Shown: positions 1 through 8,674 of the stretch, one piece after another
Numbering within the stretch: the stretch's first letter is position 1
Layout of the letters: every line of letters begins with the position of its first letter
Assembly (NCBI GenBank): GCA_016782425.1
Contig: JADHYN010000003.1
Coordinates: 36,821-100,820 of the forward strand
Length of the DNA stretch: 64,000 nucleotides
Source of the DNA: Candidatus Omnitrophota bacterium
GTDB lineage: Bacteria > Omnitrophota > Gorgyraeia > JABMRN01 > RBG-13-46-9
Direction: 5' to 3'
The notes under the pieces: generated by a model
What the model saw: only the letters and a program-made list of their open reading frames with translations
What the model was told of the DNA's origin: nothing
Database searches by the model: none
Program-made: the position numbers and the translations under genes

Positions 1-155
1 GCGCCGTAGAGGGTGTTTACTTTTTTGTTTGTTACTACGAATAACGGCGTATCAGGTTTGTCTAGCTTTATAAGCGAAGGTAGTTTTTTAAGGATGTTGT
101 TTCCGATATGGATTTTGTAGCTTCTTTTGTTTAGATTGACTTTAACGGTTTTCAC
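1..155 (-). CDS. aroB: 3-dehydroquinate synthase, N-terminal fragment (gene runs off the window start)
   Basis: Absent from the ORF track because it is under 60 aa in the window. The minus-strand frame from GTG 155..153 reads MKTVKVNLNKRSYKIHIGNNILKKLPSLIKLDKPDTPLFVVTNKKVNTLYG. This fits the AroB N-terminal pattern (RSY.I.IG, then vTn..v..LY). It overlaps the pckG stop by 14 nt. The start codon choice is uncertain. Confidence 0.5.
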   Translation of the reverse strand, partial: MKTVKVNLNKRSYKIHIGNNILKKLPSLIKLDKPDTPLFVVTNKKVNTLYG

Positions 156-1944
156 GGTATTTTTTGAGCCGTTTGTCGAACGCCTTATATTCCTCGATTA
201 CTTCTTTCGGTAGTATTTTTCCGAATTTATTCAAAAACTTTTTGAGATCCTTCAGTTCATTTTGCCAGGCTTTTTTACTGATATAAAATAGTTCATCCCA
301 CCTCTTTCTGGAGAAGTTTAAGCCCGTCATGTCGATATCTTCGTATCTAGGGATGTAACCGAGGGGCGTTTTAATAGCGCCGACCCTTCCTTCCGAGCGC
401 TCGAGAATCCAATTAAGTATACGCAGATTTTCACTGAATCCAGGCCAGATGAATTTTCCGTGTTTGTCTTTCCTGAACCAGTTTACGAAGAAAATTCTCG
501 GAGGCTTAACCATTTTCTTACCCATGGAAAGCCAGTGCCTGAAATAATTAGCCATATTGTAACCACAGAAAGGTAGCATTGCTATAGGGTCGCGCCTTAC
601 CTCGCCCTGCTTCCCATATTGAGCGGCAGTGCGTTCAGAGGCCATAGTCGCGCCTAAATAGACACCGTGTTGCCAATTAAACGATTCATAAACAAGGGGT
701 GCGAGGCTTGCCCTTCTCCCGCCCAATATGATTGCCGATATGGGTACACCGTGATGGTGTTCCGAACGAAACGATGCTGATGGACATTGAGCTATCGGCG
801 CTGTAAAGCGGCTATTTGGCTGCGCCCCTTTTATAGGCTTACCTTCTTCGTCTACCCTGCCGGGTTGCCACGGCTTTCCTGTCCAGTCAGTTCCCCGTGC
901 CGGAGGGGGCCCATCTCCATCCTCCCACCACACCGTTAAATCGGGTTTTAAAAGTACGTTTGTGTATATAGTATTTTTCTTTATTGCTTCCATGGCATTC
1001 GGGTTTGTATGGGGGTTTGTTCCGGGTAGAACGCCAAAGAATCCTGTTTCAGGATTGATTGCCCAAAGCGCCCCGTCAGAGTCTACCCGCATCCATGCAA
1101 TGTCATCCCCTACCGTCCATATTTTGTAGCCCTTTTTCTTTAAGGCTTTGGGAGGTACCAGCATCGCTAGATTTGTTTTTCCACAAGCACTGGGAAAAGC
1201 CCCAGTCAGATATTTAATGCGGCCGTCTGGTAGTTCCACGCCTAAAATAAGCATGTGTTCTGCCAGCCAGCCCTCTTTTTTTGCAAGGAAACTCGCGATG
1301 CGAAGGGAAAGACACTTTTTGCCCAAGAGGACATTGCCGCCATAGCCCGAACCGACGCTCCATATCGCATTATCCTCGGGAAAGTGTAGAATAAGCCTTC
1401 TATTTATGTCGCGATCAGCTTTGCCATGCAGGCATTTTGTAAATTTACCATCTCTGCCAAGATACGCCAGGACTTCGCTTCCGACCCTTGTCATAATGAG
1501 CATATTTAAAACCACATAAATGCTGTCGGTTAATTCTACTCCAACCTTGCTAAAGGGAGAACCAACAGGCCCCATCGAAAATGGGATTATATACATTATG
1601 CGACCTTTCATGGAATTTTTGAATATTTTGGCAGCCTTTTTATAGGTAGACTTGGGCGACATCCAGTTATTTGTGGGGCCGACGTCTTTTTTCTTCCTCG
1701 CGCAAATAAAGGTAAGACCCTCGGTGCGGGCAACGTCGTTTACGGCCGTTCTGTGATAAACGCAACCGGGCAATTTCGACTGATTTAATTTTATAAGCTC
1801 GCCCGTAGAAAAAGCCTCCTTCTCGAGCTCTTTTTTCTGCTGCTGGTCGCCGCTTACTACGACGATTTTTTCGGGCCGGCACATTTCGGTCATCTCGTTT
1901 ATCCAGTTTTGCAGTTTTTTGTGTTTTAATTTAATTTTTGGCAT
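142..1944 (-). CDS. pckG: phosphoenolpyruvate carboxykinase (GTP)
   Basis: The 600-aa ORF looks like a full-length GTP-PEPCK. It carries the kinase P-loop FPSACGKTNLAM and the conserved stretch WMSP...GPVGSP. Confidence 0.9.
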   Translation of the reverse strand: MPKIKLKHKKLQNWINEMTEMCRPEKIVVVSGDQQQKKELEKEAFSTGELIKLNQSKLPGCVYHRTAVNDVARTEGLTFICARKKKDVGPTNNWMSPKSTYKKAAKIFKNSMKGRIMYIIPFSMGPVGSPFSKVGVELTDSIYVVLNMLIMTRVGSEVLAYLGRDGKFTKCLHGKADRDINRRLILHFPEDNAIWSVGSGYGGNVLLGKKCLSLRIASFLAKKEGWLAEHMLILGVELPDGRIKYLTGAFPSACGKTNLAMLVPPKALKKKGYKIWTVGDDIAWMRVDSDGALWAINPETGFFGVLPGTNPHTNPNAMEAIKKNTIYTNVLLKPDLTVWWEDGDGPPPARGTDWTGKPWQPGRVDEEGKPIKGAQPNSRFTAPIAQCPSASFRSEHHHGVPISAIILGGRRASLAPLVYESFNWQHGVYLGATMASERTAAQYGKQGEVRRDPIAMLPFCGYNMANYFRHWLSMGKKMVKPPRIFFVNWFRKDKHGKFIWPGFSENLRILNWILERSEGRVGAIKTPLGYIPRYEDIDMTGLNFSRKRWDELFYISKKAWQNELKDLKKFLNKFGKILPKEVIEEYKAFDKRLKKYRENR

Positions 1945-1954
1945 TATGAATTTT

Positions 1955-2329
1955 TTATTGTTTTTGCACCCCGTCTTTATAACCCTGGGCGTACCCCTGT
2001 TTATATCCGTTATTGTAACCGTCTTTATAACCCTGGCTATAGGCGTCCTTCGGTTCCATAGTCGCTACTCTATTAGTCTGTTCCACATGCTCGCCGCTTA
2101 TAGAATCGAGAAGAGCTCCTCCGATTATATTAACGCCCGCTCCTGCAAGAGCCCCTTTCCATATATCTCTTCCCTTTGCCCCGGAAGCAAGGCCGCCTAC
2201 CGCACCCGAGCCGGCACCTAAAAGGCCCTCTTTCAATATGTCTCTGGAATCTTTCTTACCGGCGGCATAGGAAAAAGAGCTTACCGCTATGAAAATCGCT
2301 AAGATTCCCAATATCAATATTTTTTTCAT
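1955..2329 (-). CDS. secreted glycine-zipper protein with C-terminal GY-repeat tail
   Basis: I place the start at the internal ATG 2329 (MKKILILGILAIFIAVSSFSYA signal peptide), preceded by SD AAGGGGGAG. The protein has a Gly/Ala zipper (GLLGAGSGAVGGLASGAKG..GALAGAGVNIIGGALL) and a tail GYKDGYNNGYKQGYAQGYKDG. The track ORF extends to 2368. Confidence 0.5.
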   Translation of the reverse strand: MKKILILGILAIFIAVSSFSYAAGKKDSRDILKEGLLGAGSGAVGGLASGAKGRDIWKGALAGAGVNIIGGALLDSISGEHVEQTNRVATMEPKDAYSQGYKDGYNNGYKQGYAQGYKDGVQKQ

Positions 2330-2373
2330 GCGCTCCCCCTTTCTTTTTAAAACCGAGTTAAACCGCATTACAC

Positions 2374-2402
2374 AATATACTCAATATAATGCCAAATGTC
2401 AA
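2374..2402 (-). promoter_or_regulatory. sigma70-like promoter for the glycine-zipper gene
   Basis: On the minus strand: TTGACA (2402..2397), a 17-nt spacer, then TATATT (2379..2374). Confidence 0.4.
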
Positions 2403-2445
2403 TTCTAATCTACACAGTATATTACGTATATAATCCGTAAATAAA

Positions 2446-2479
2446 CAGGCAGCTCCATTTTAATAAATAGAGCCGCCTG
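2446..2479 (-). terminator. putative intrinsic terminator after the 92-aa secreted protein gene
   Basis: A 10-bp stem with one mismatch (CAGGCGGCTC / GAGCTGCCTG on the minus strand) is followed by TTTATTTA. Confidence 0.4.
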
Positions 2480-2517
2480 CTCGAAGTTATTCTACGTATT
2501 TATTGTGTTCTACGTAT

Positions 2518-2796
2518 TTATTTTAATTCCGTGCCTTTTTGCCCTGCAAGCTTTCCCCTATCTCCGCGTAGTGACTTGCTTTTAGCCGCTTGGCTGGTGT
2601 CATCCCATGTTTCGATCATTTTGCTTAAATTACGAAACCACTCTACCTTTTGAGGTTGGCCCGATCCTGTTTTAATCTCGGTAATGCTGTCGCCGGCGAT
2701 TTGAAACAAGGTTTCTTCCTTTCCGCCTTGAGCCAGTGCTGGCATGCAAGCTACAACAAGCGATAGTATCATGATAAGTGCGATTATCTTCGTCAT
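2518..2796 (-). CDS. small secreted protein, unknown function
   Basis: 92 aa with signal peptide MTKIIALIMILSLVVACMPALA and a strong SD (AAGGAGGTG, 4 nt upstream of the ATG). I recognise no family. Confidence 0.5.
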   Translation of the reverse strand: MTKIIALIMILSLVVACMPALAQGGKEETLFQIAGDSITEIKTGSGQPQKVEWFRNLSKMIETWDDTSQAAKSKSLRGDRGKLAGQKGTELK

Positions 2797-2809
2797 ACTT
2801 CACCTCCTT

Positions 2810-2853
2810 ATCTATAAACAATTTTATATCAATCTATAAACAATTTTATATCA
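2810..2853. repeat. perfect tandem duplication, 22 bp x 2
   Basis: ATCTATAAACAATTTTATATCA occurs at 2810-2831 and again at 2832-2853, immediately upstream of the SD of the 92-aa gene. On the minus strand each copy carries TGATATAAAAT, an extended -10-like element. Confidence 0.9.
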
Positions 2854-2881
2854 TTTTGCCGTAAAGTCAAAGATTTTTTTA

Positions 2882-3541
2882 TTATTTTAAGAGCTGTGCC
2901 GGAAAACCGATATTTTTTACCACGACCTTGCCGGTGCATGATCTGGCACCCTTTTCGAAAAAACCCTTTTTAGGCAGGCCGAAGGTGATCGTCTTGTATG
3001 CCCTTATGCACGCGCCTTGGACCTTGCCGCTTGTTGCATTCATGCCGCTCGGGGTATCCAGGGCGTATATTGGTTTTTTAGTGCCGTTCAAAAAATTTAC
3101 TATGTTTGCGATTTTTTCAGGCAACAATCCCTTGAATCCGATGCCAAAGATGGCATCCACGATAAAAACGTAGCGAAAATTTCTTTTAATTTTTTCTATA
3201 TCTTTTTCCGAGGAAACCTCTTTAATCTTCACTCCCATTTTTCTGAGGATAGCAAGATTAACAAAAGGGTTTTTGTTTTTTATTTCAGAGCACCGCGTAA
3301 AGAGAAAGACGTCCGTTTTTATGCCTTTTCGCCTTAAATGTCGGGCGCAGACAAATCCGTCACCGCCATTATTCCCTCTTCCGCAGAATACGGCCGCTTT
3401 TCCCTTTTTGTGTTCTTTTATTATCTCTTCCGCACTGGCGCGGCCAGCATTTTCCATGAGGATGATAGACGGAATGGCGTATTTTGTTTGCGCCACTCTG
3501 TCTATTTTCTTCATCTGGGCGGCGGTTACCGATTTTCGCAT
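2882..3541 (-). CDS. nnrE: NAD(P)H-hydrate epimerase (YjeF N-terminal domain)
   Basis: 219 aa with YjeF_N hallmarks: MENAGRA and CGRGNNGGDGFVCARHL. Confidence 0.8.
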   Translation of the reverse strand: MRKSVTAAQMKKIDRVAQTKYAIPSIILMENAGRASAEEIIKEHKKGKAAVFCGRGNNGGDGFVCARHLRRKGIKTDVFLFTRCSEIKNKNPFVNLAILRKMGVKIKEVSSEKDIEKIKRNFRYVFIVDAIFGIGFKGLLPEKIANIVNFLNGTKKPIYALDTPSGMNATSGKVQGACIRAYKTITFGLPKKGFFEKGARSCTGKVVVKNIGFPAQLLK

Positions 3542-3542
3542 G

Positions 3543-3863
3543 TTACGATACAGGGCTGCCCGTCTTTACCTCTTTTTCAGGTACAAGTACCGCGAGTTTT
3601 TCGCCGTCTTTGGTAGCCAGGATCATGCCTTCGGACTCGACACCCCTTATGGTAGCCGGCTCAAGGTTGGTGATTACCACTACCTGTTTGTTAAGCAACT
3701 CCTCTTTAGAGTAATGCTGTTTTATTCCCGCTACGAGTTTCTTCGTTTCCTTGCCTGTTTCGACCGTTACGACATAGAGCTTATCTGCGTTAGGATGATC
3801 TTCGCAGGCTGTGATTTTCGCTATCCGGATATCCATCTGTTTAAACTGGTCAAAGGTTATCAT
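3543..3863 (-). CDS. tRNA-binding domain protein (CsaA/Trbp111-like)
   Basis: 106 aa with the OB-fold tRNA-binding pattern: DIRIAKI...HPNADKLYV..V..G......VAGI...Y..EEL..K.VVVI.NL.P..IRGV.S.GMILA. Confidence 0.75.
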   Translation of the reverse strand: MITFDQFKQMDIRIAKITACEDHPNADKLYVVTVETGKETKKLVAGIKQHYSKEELLNKQVVVITNLEPATIRGVESEGMILATKDGEKLAVLVPEKEVKTGSPVS

Positions 3864-3875
3864 GGCTACTCTCCG

Positions 3876-4202
3876 TTATTTCTTTTTGTCTTCTTTTTTT
3901 TCGGTTTTCTTCTCAGGTGTAGCTTTTGCACCGGCGACGCCTTTTGCTCCTTCTTGCGCCTGGGTTTGGGCTTCTTGCGGAGCACCTTCGGCGGCGGCCA
4001 GAGCGCCCTCATCGGCAGCAGGCGCTGCCTTTTCTTTTTTGAGCTTGAACTTAAGGATCTTAAGCTTTAGTAAACCAAAGACAGAATCGCCATCTTGCCA
4101 CTTTTCTTTTTCCTTGAGCTCTTTTACTCTTTCATAGCGTTTAAGAACAGACCTGTGCTGCTTTCCCTTTTCTTTCGAGCGCAAACTTGGATGTTGCGAC
4201 AT
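3876..4202 (-). CDS. small basic protein family member with Ala/Gln-rich insert and Lys-rich tail
   Basis: The N-terminus MSQHPSLRSKEKGKQHRSVLKRYERVKELKEKEKWQDGDSVFGL resembles, from my memory, the small basic protein family of PVC-group bacteria. The C-terminus is low-complexity. Confidence 0.5.
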   Translation of the reverse strand: MSQHPSLRSKEKGKQHRSVLKRYERVKELKEKEKWQDGDSVFGLLKLKILKFKLKKEKAAPAADEGALAAAEGAPQEAQTQAQEGAKGVAGAKATPEKKTEKKEDKKK

Positions 4203-4214
4203 TTTTACACCTCC

Positions 4215-4784
4215 CTATTTATTTCTGATAAAACAACTTTTGTATTTCTTTCGAAATCCCTCCAAATCTTTTTTAGCCTCCTTCGTGCTCACATAATTCC
4301 CGGCGCAGACCTGAAGCCAACTTCCCGATGAAATTATGAATGCGTCTACTTTTTTATTTAATAGCCTATTCTTTTCCTTTTCCGCGAGAGCTTTTTGCTT
4401 ATACGAAATAAGCTGTATAGTATATGGCTTATACGATTCCTCACTTTTTGGTTCAAGCGGCTTCGGCGCCGCTCGATCCTCGGCATCCGGGGTTTTCCTT
4501 TCGGTGGCGCTTATCTCTATCTCGGGCAAGATTATTTTCTCTTCAAGAGATTCTTTTTCTTCCAATGTTGCACTTGGGCCGAATCGCCTCCCGCGTTCCA
4601 CGCCTAAGGCGAATGCCACGACGATACACATTATAATGACAATACCGGCAAATACAATGTTCTCGAGCGGCACATGCATGTATAGCTTTTGCTGCCTCTT
4701 GGTTAATTTGTCGGTAATCTTCTTGAACTTGCCTTTTTCTTTTTTGAATTCACCGAATAGCTCTTTTTGATACTCGCCGGACAT
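4215..4784 (-). CDS. SPOR domain membrane protein
   Basis: 189 aa with one TM helix (IVFAGIVIIMCIVVAFALGV) and a C-terminal SPOR-like domain (YTIQLISYKQKALAEKEKNRLL...WLQVCAGNYVSTKEAKKDLE). Confidence 0.7.
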   Translation of the reverse strand: MSGEYQKELFGEFKKEKGKFKKITDKLTKRQQKLYMHVPLENIVFAGIVIIMCIVVAFALGVERGRRFGPSATLEEKESLEEKIILPEIEISATERKTPDAEDRAAPKPLEPKSEESYKPYTIQLISYKQKALAEKEKNRLLNKKVDAFIISSGSWLQVCAGNYVSTKEAKKDLEGFRKKYKSCFIRNK

Positions 4785-4790
4785 GAAACG

Positions 4791-7700
4791 TTACTCCCAG
4801 CATATGGAATTAAAAGAGCAGTTATTACATTTTTCCGGGTCCCTTTCAGGAAGTTTGTCAAATCTCAGTTTGTTAATCTCTTTCCAAGCCCCGCATATGA
4901 CCTCTTCTAATTCATCGACCATCTCGTTAGTAATAGGTACCTTTTTATCGATATAATCGCCTTTTGTCAAGCTGTATTTAAGAGACGTCTTTTTTATCGG
5001 TTCCAGAAACACGAGTACACCGTGGCTTGCTTTGTATTTCGCCGGTTCATAGGTATCCCTTTCGTAGAGCATTTTGTAGGCAACCAACTGCCTCAGGTAA
5101 TTGTCGCACTTCTCGCTTTTTAGATCGCTTTCATTTTCGAGTTTCTTGAGGTGGTCGTCGGGCTTGCCTGTTTTATAGTCAATTATCCGTATGAGTTTCT
5201 TTTTTTCGTTTTCAAACTCAACCTTATCGAATTTGCCCGAAAAGATTATACCACCCTTTAATGTAACTATCTTCTTTTTTTCCAGATCAATAGGTGGCAC
5301 GGGATTGGCCCTGGTTTTTTTGAACCACACCTTGAGTTCGCCCAGTTTGGCCAGGCACCAATTCGCTATCGTTTTATTTACTCCTTGGAACCTAAGTTCC
5401 CTTTCGAAAGAAGCCTTGAAAAATCCGAAATCCGGAAATTTGTTTTCATTTTTATATTTTCTGTAGGTGTCCTCCAGTGCCTTGTGCGTGCAATTTCCGA
5501 ATACAAGGCTTTGCTTTTTTTTACCCGGCAGGAGAAGCAGGTTGTCATACAGAAACTTTCGCTTACACCTTAGGAAATTGTTAAGTTTTGTCGGCGTTAG
5601 AACAAGATTTTTGACCAGATCCCGTAGGGCATCTTCCGTATTTTTGAGGGGGTCTTCCCCCCCTCCCTTTTTAAAAAACTCCTTGAGTATATTTTCTTCG
5701 GTGTCCTCGTTATCTTTAAGTCCGATGCTCATATTGTTGAAGAAAGAACTCGCGACGGTATCCTCGGAGGGACTCGACGTGAAAATGAGGTTTGATTTTG
5801 TACGGCTTGCGGCCACGTAAAAAAGCCTTGTTTCGTCGAAAAACGAAAGCCTCGCAAATTCCGACTTGGTACCGACTTTTTCCTTGGCCTTTAGAATGCT
5901 TGGAGGTATGGGGATCCTGTCGGGTAGCGGTTTTAACGGCCAGCTTTTATCCTGCACGCAAAACGGTATGATGCAGGTATGAAATTCAAGCCCTTTTGAG
6001 GCATGGGCTGTGATTATGCGGACTCCGTCTTGCGTAGCTGTCACAAGCTGACCGGCTATCGGCATGTTATGTGTTTTCATTGTTTCCAGCTCGTCTAAGA
6101 ATTCGGTCAGCACAAGATCCGGCCTCGCCAAAGATGAATTTTTAACCATATTTATGAATGAAGTAAGAGCCCGTAGTTCCCTTGTTATTAGGATCTTGTT
6201 TTTCTCGTACTCGGTTATGATAAACTTGTAGAGGTTTACATCTTCTACAAAGCCCATTAAAAGATCATGTACCGGACGGGTATCGGCATCCCCAAGAAGC
6301 CGCTGTATCGCCCACGAGGCGAGGTGCATTTTATTCGCTTCGCCCAAGGTCAGTTTTTTAAGAAAAGGTAATTTTTTCGTATCTGAAAGCGATGGCTTTT
6401 TATCCAGCCTGTCCACGTGGAACGACCCGATAAATTCCGTTAATATGCTCGAAGGTGTTTTTTTATCTCTTTTATTCGCAAAGTTGATAAATTTCAAAAT
6501 GTCCCCTTGTGCTATCTCGAAGAAATCGCACGAAAGAACCCCGTAAAGGACAAGGTCTTTTTCCTCTAAATCGTATGTAGCGGTTCTGGCCAACTTCAGG
6601 ACATCTATCATTTGTCTTGCCCTTCTCTGGCAGCTTATGTCTTCTTTTCCGTCCGTTGCATACGGAATACCTGTCTTCAGGAAATTGTCTATCAGTTTCA
6701 AAATAAACGATCTTTTTCTCACGAGGATGGCAATCTGGTTATAAGGCCTTTTTCTTTCTTCCGCCTCGAGTTCCTTTGATGTCTTGATGGAATTGGCGAT
6801 CTCCCTTATCTTTCTGGTTATGCACATGATTTCCTCGTCCTCGGTCGTGAATTGCAGAAATTCGACGTTTCGCTTTTTATACCGCTTCTGCGGAATGAGC
6901 TCTTTTTGTTCGTCCAGGCGCTCTTTTGACGGTATTTGTTTGATTATGGACGAGGAGAGATCGATTATCTCTTTTGTCGACCTGTAGTTATTTTTTAATT
7001 TTATAACCTTAATCCGGGGAAATCTTTCCTTCAGCAGCCTGAAATTCGCTATGCTGGCGCCCTGGAACCTGTATATTGACTGGTCGTCGTCGCCGACGCA
7101 ACAAAGATTAGGATTTTTCCCCTCGCAGAGCGAAAAAAGAAGTTTAAGTTGCGCTCCATTTGTATCTTGGAATTCATCGACCATGATGTACCTGTATCGT
7201 TTTTGGTACGCCTTTTTAAGTTCCTGCTCCTCGGCCAGTATTTTTATGGCAATTATTATCATGTCGTCGTAGTCATAGCGGCCCCTTTCGTCGAATACGT
7301 TTTTGTTCCTGCCGCCCTTAAGCTCTTCGTATTTTTTATATATGAAAGAAAACTCCGCGAGTCTGGGCATGTGCTTCTTTTCGACGTAGATTCCGTCGGG
7401 TTTTACGTTTTGCAGCATCTTTTCAAAATCCGAAGGCGTGATGCCCTCGTTTTTAAGCTCGCTTATTCGCCTTGCGATTTCAAATATGTATAAGTATGGA
7501 TAGCCGAAAGGTCTCAATTCCTTGACGGAATCCGTGCAATTATCGACGATATATTCCAGGCTCTTTATTTTTTCGAGATCCGTCATCTGGATGCGCTCTT
7601 TTATATACGCGGAAGCCTCTTCGGAATCCAGTATCACGGAATTGGCAAAGCCGTGGAAGGTTTCAGCGGTAACCTTATACCCCTCAAAGCCCACGATCTT

Positions 7701-7922
7701 TGCAAGCCGTTCCTTGACGGATTTTGCCGCGGCATTGGTGTATGTCAGTATGAGTATATTTTCGCCCGGTATATTTTTCTCACGCATTATGCTTGCGGCC
7801 CTCGCAGAGAGAAGGTGGGTCTTACCGGTTCCGGGTCCGGCGGTGATAAGTAGCGGCCCATCCAGCGCCTCTACCGCTTCTTTTTGCTCTTTGTTGAGAT
7901 TTATTAATAAAGCTGTTTTCAT
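4791..7922 (-). CDS. UvrD/PcrA-type helicase fused to a Cas4/AddB-type PD-(D/E)XK nuclease with Fe-S cysteines
   Basis: 1043 aa. Helicase motifs: Walker A GPGTGKT, DEFQD, and the VGDDDQSIYRFQGA motif. C-terminal nuclease motifs: FLRCKRKF, GKFDKVE, IIDYKTG, QLVAYK, and terminal CNNCSFNSIC (CX2CX5C). Confidence 0.8.
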   Translation of the reverse strand: MKTALLINLNKEQKEAVEALDGPLLITAGPGTGKTHLLSARAASIMREKNIPGENILILTYTNAAAKSVKERLAKIVGFEGYKVTAETFHGFANSVILDSEEASAYIKERIQMTDLEKIKSLEYIVDNCTDSVKELRPFGYPYLYIFEIARRISELKNEGITPSDFEKMLQNVKPDGIYVEKKHMPRLAEFSFIYKKYEELKGGRNKNVFDERGRYDYDDMIIIAIKILAEEQELKKAYQKRYRYIMVDEFQDTNGAQLKLLFSLCEGKNPNLCCVGDDDQSIYRFQGASIANFRLLKERFPRIKVIKLKNNYRSTKEIIDLSSSIIKQIPSKERLDEQKELIPQKRYKKRNVEFLQFTTEDEEIMCITRKIREIANSIKTSKELEAEERKRPYNQIAILVRKRSFILKLIDNFLKTGIPYATDGKEDISCQRRARQMIDVLKLARTATYDLEEKDLVLYGVLSCDFFEIAQGDILKFINFANKRDKKTPSSILTEFIGSFHVDRLDKKPSLSDTKKLPFLKKLTLGEANKMHLASWAIQRLLGDADTRPVHDLLMGFVEDVNLYKFIITEYEKNKILITRELRALTSFINMVKNSSLARPDLVLTEFLDELETMKTHNMPIAGQLVTATQDGVRIITAHASKGLEFHTCIIPFCVQDKSWPLKPLPDRIPIPPSILKAKEKVGTKSEFARLSFFDETRLFYVAASRTKSNLIFTSSPSEDTVASSFFNNMSIGLKDNEDTEENILKEFFKKGGGEDPLKNTEDALRDLVKNLVLTPTKLNNFLRCKRKFLYDNLLLLPGKKKQSLVFGNCTHKALEDTYRKYKNENKFPDFGFFKASFERELRFQGVNKTIANWCLAKLGELKVWFKKTRANPVPPIDLEKKKIVTLKGGIIFSGKFDKVEFENEKKKLIRIIDYKTGKPDDHLKKLENESDLKSEKCDNYLRQLVAYKMLYERDTYEPAKYKASHGVLVFLEPIKKTSLKYSLTKGDYIDKKVPITNEMVDELEEVICGAWKEINKLRFDKLPERDPEKCNNCSFNSICWE

Positions 7923-8596
7923 TTCAATTCTACCTCTTCAAAGTTCAACCGGAACCTGTCGGTTTCCAACTTAAAAAAAGATTTATCCTCTCCGGTATTG
8001 ATATGTAAATAATAGCTTAGCCAGCCCCTCGATTTTTCCGTTAAAAATTCGCTTAGTTCCTCGGGAAGCTCTCTTGCTACTTCGGGAGAGAAGAATATTT
8101 TTGTAGCTATGTCAAAGTCTCCCGCTTCCGTTATGGTACCGGAGGCGTATAACCTAATATCTTTGCTGTGCGCTTCGAAAGACAGGATCTCAACCGTGTC
8201 CTCATATACGCGCAGATTCGCGTCGACAACGTCGAAAGTGATGTTCTGTAATCTGTCAAGCAATAATGAAATATCTCCCGTAGGAAAACCGGAGAGATCG
8301 TCGTTACCCTTAATTTTTTCTTCGATGTTCGCAAAAGACACCTTTTTAAGCGTGCACGTCAGGATAATCGCTCTTTTTTGTATGACTTCGCGGAAATCGG
8401 GCGCAATAAAGGCCTTTTGACATCTGAGGACAAGGTCAGCATCCTTGATCAGGAAAACGGGTCTCTCAAGCTCGATAAAACGTAGCACAAAACAAGATAT
8501 AAAGCCCGAGTGGTTTTTATAGGTAAATTCGATATGTAATTCCTTCCCTATGAAGGAGAGAAAAAGATCGCCGGCCCTCGTAAGCGACAGACCCAC
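7919..8596 (-). CDS. hypothetical protein, probably membrane-anchored; translationally coupled to the helicase-nuclease
   Basis: 225 aa from GTG 8596. Its stop overlaps the helicase ATG by 4 nt. The frame stays open to 8650 and encodes KIKTRTIIKHILIVLVLL upstream of the GTG, so the true start is unresolved. I recognise no family. Confidence 0.4.
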   Translation of the reverse strand: MGLSLTRAGDLFLSFIGKELHIEFTYKNHSGFISCFVLRFIELERPVFLIKDADLVLRCQKAFIAPDFREVIQKRAIILTCTLKKVSFANIEEKIKGNDDLSGFPTGDISLLLDRLQNITFDVVDANLRVYEDTVEILSFEAHSKDIRLYASGTITEAGDFDIATKIFFSPEVARELPEELSEFLTEKSRGWLSYYLHINTGEDKSFFKLETDRFRLNFEEVELK

Positions 8597-8674
8597 AAGA
8601 AGGACAAGAACAATGAGTATGTGCTTAATTATAGTTCGCGTTTTAATTTTTTAGCTATTTCGCTTATGGGTATT

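Noticed and set aside
2810-2853. Possible CRISPR-like repeat.
   Set aside because: There are only two directly abutting 22-bp copies, with no spacer and no cas genes. This is a simple tandem duplication in a promoter region.
3273-4070. Long plus-strand ORFs (265 aa here; also 40866-41612 at 248 aa, 47082-47780 at 232 aa, 59361-60101 at 246 aa, 33537-34055 and others).
   Set aside because: All lie antisense to well-supported minus-strand genes. Several span two or three of those genes. Their translations are low-complexity and Phe/Leu/Ser/Cys/Arg-rich, and they lack SD sites and recognisable families. They are typical shadow ORFs of the coding strand.
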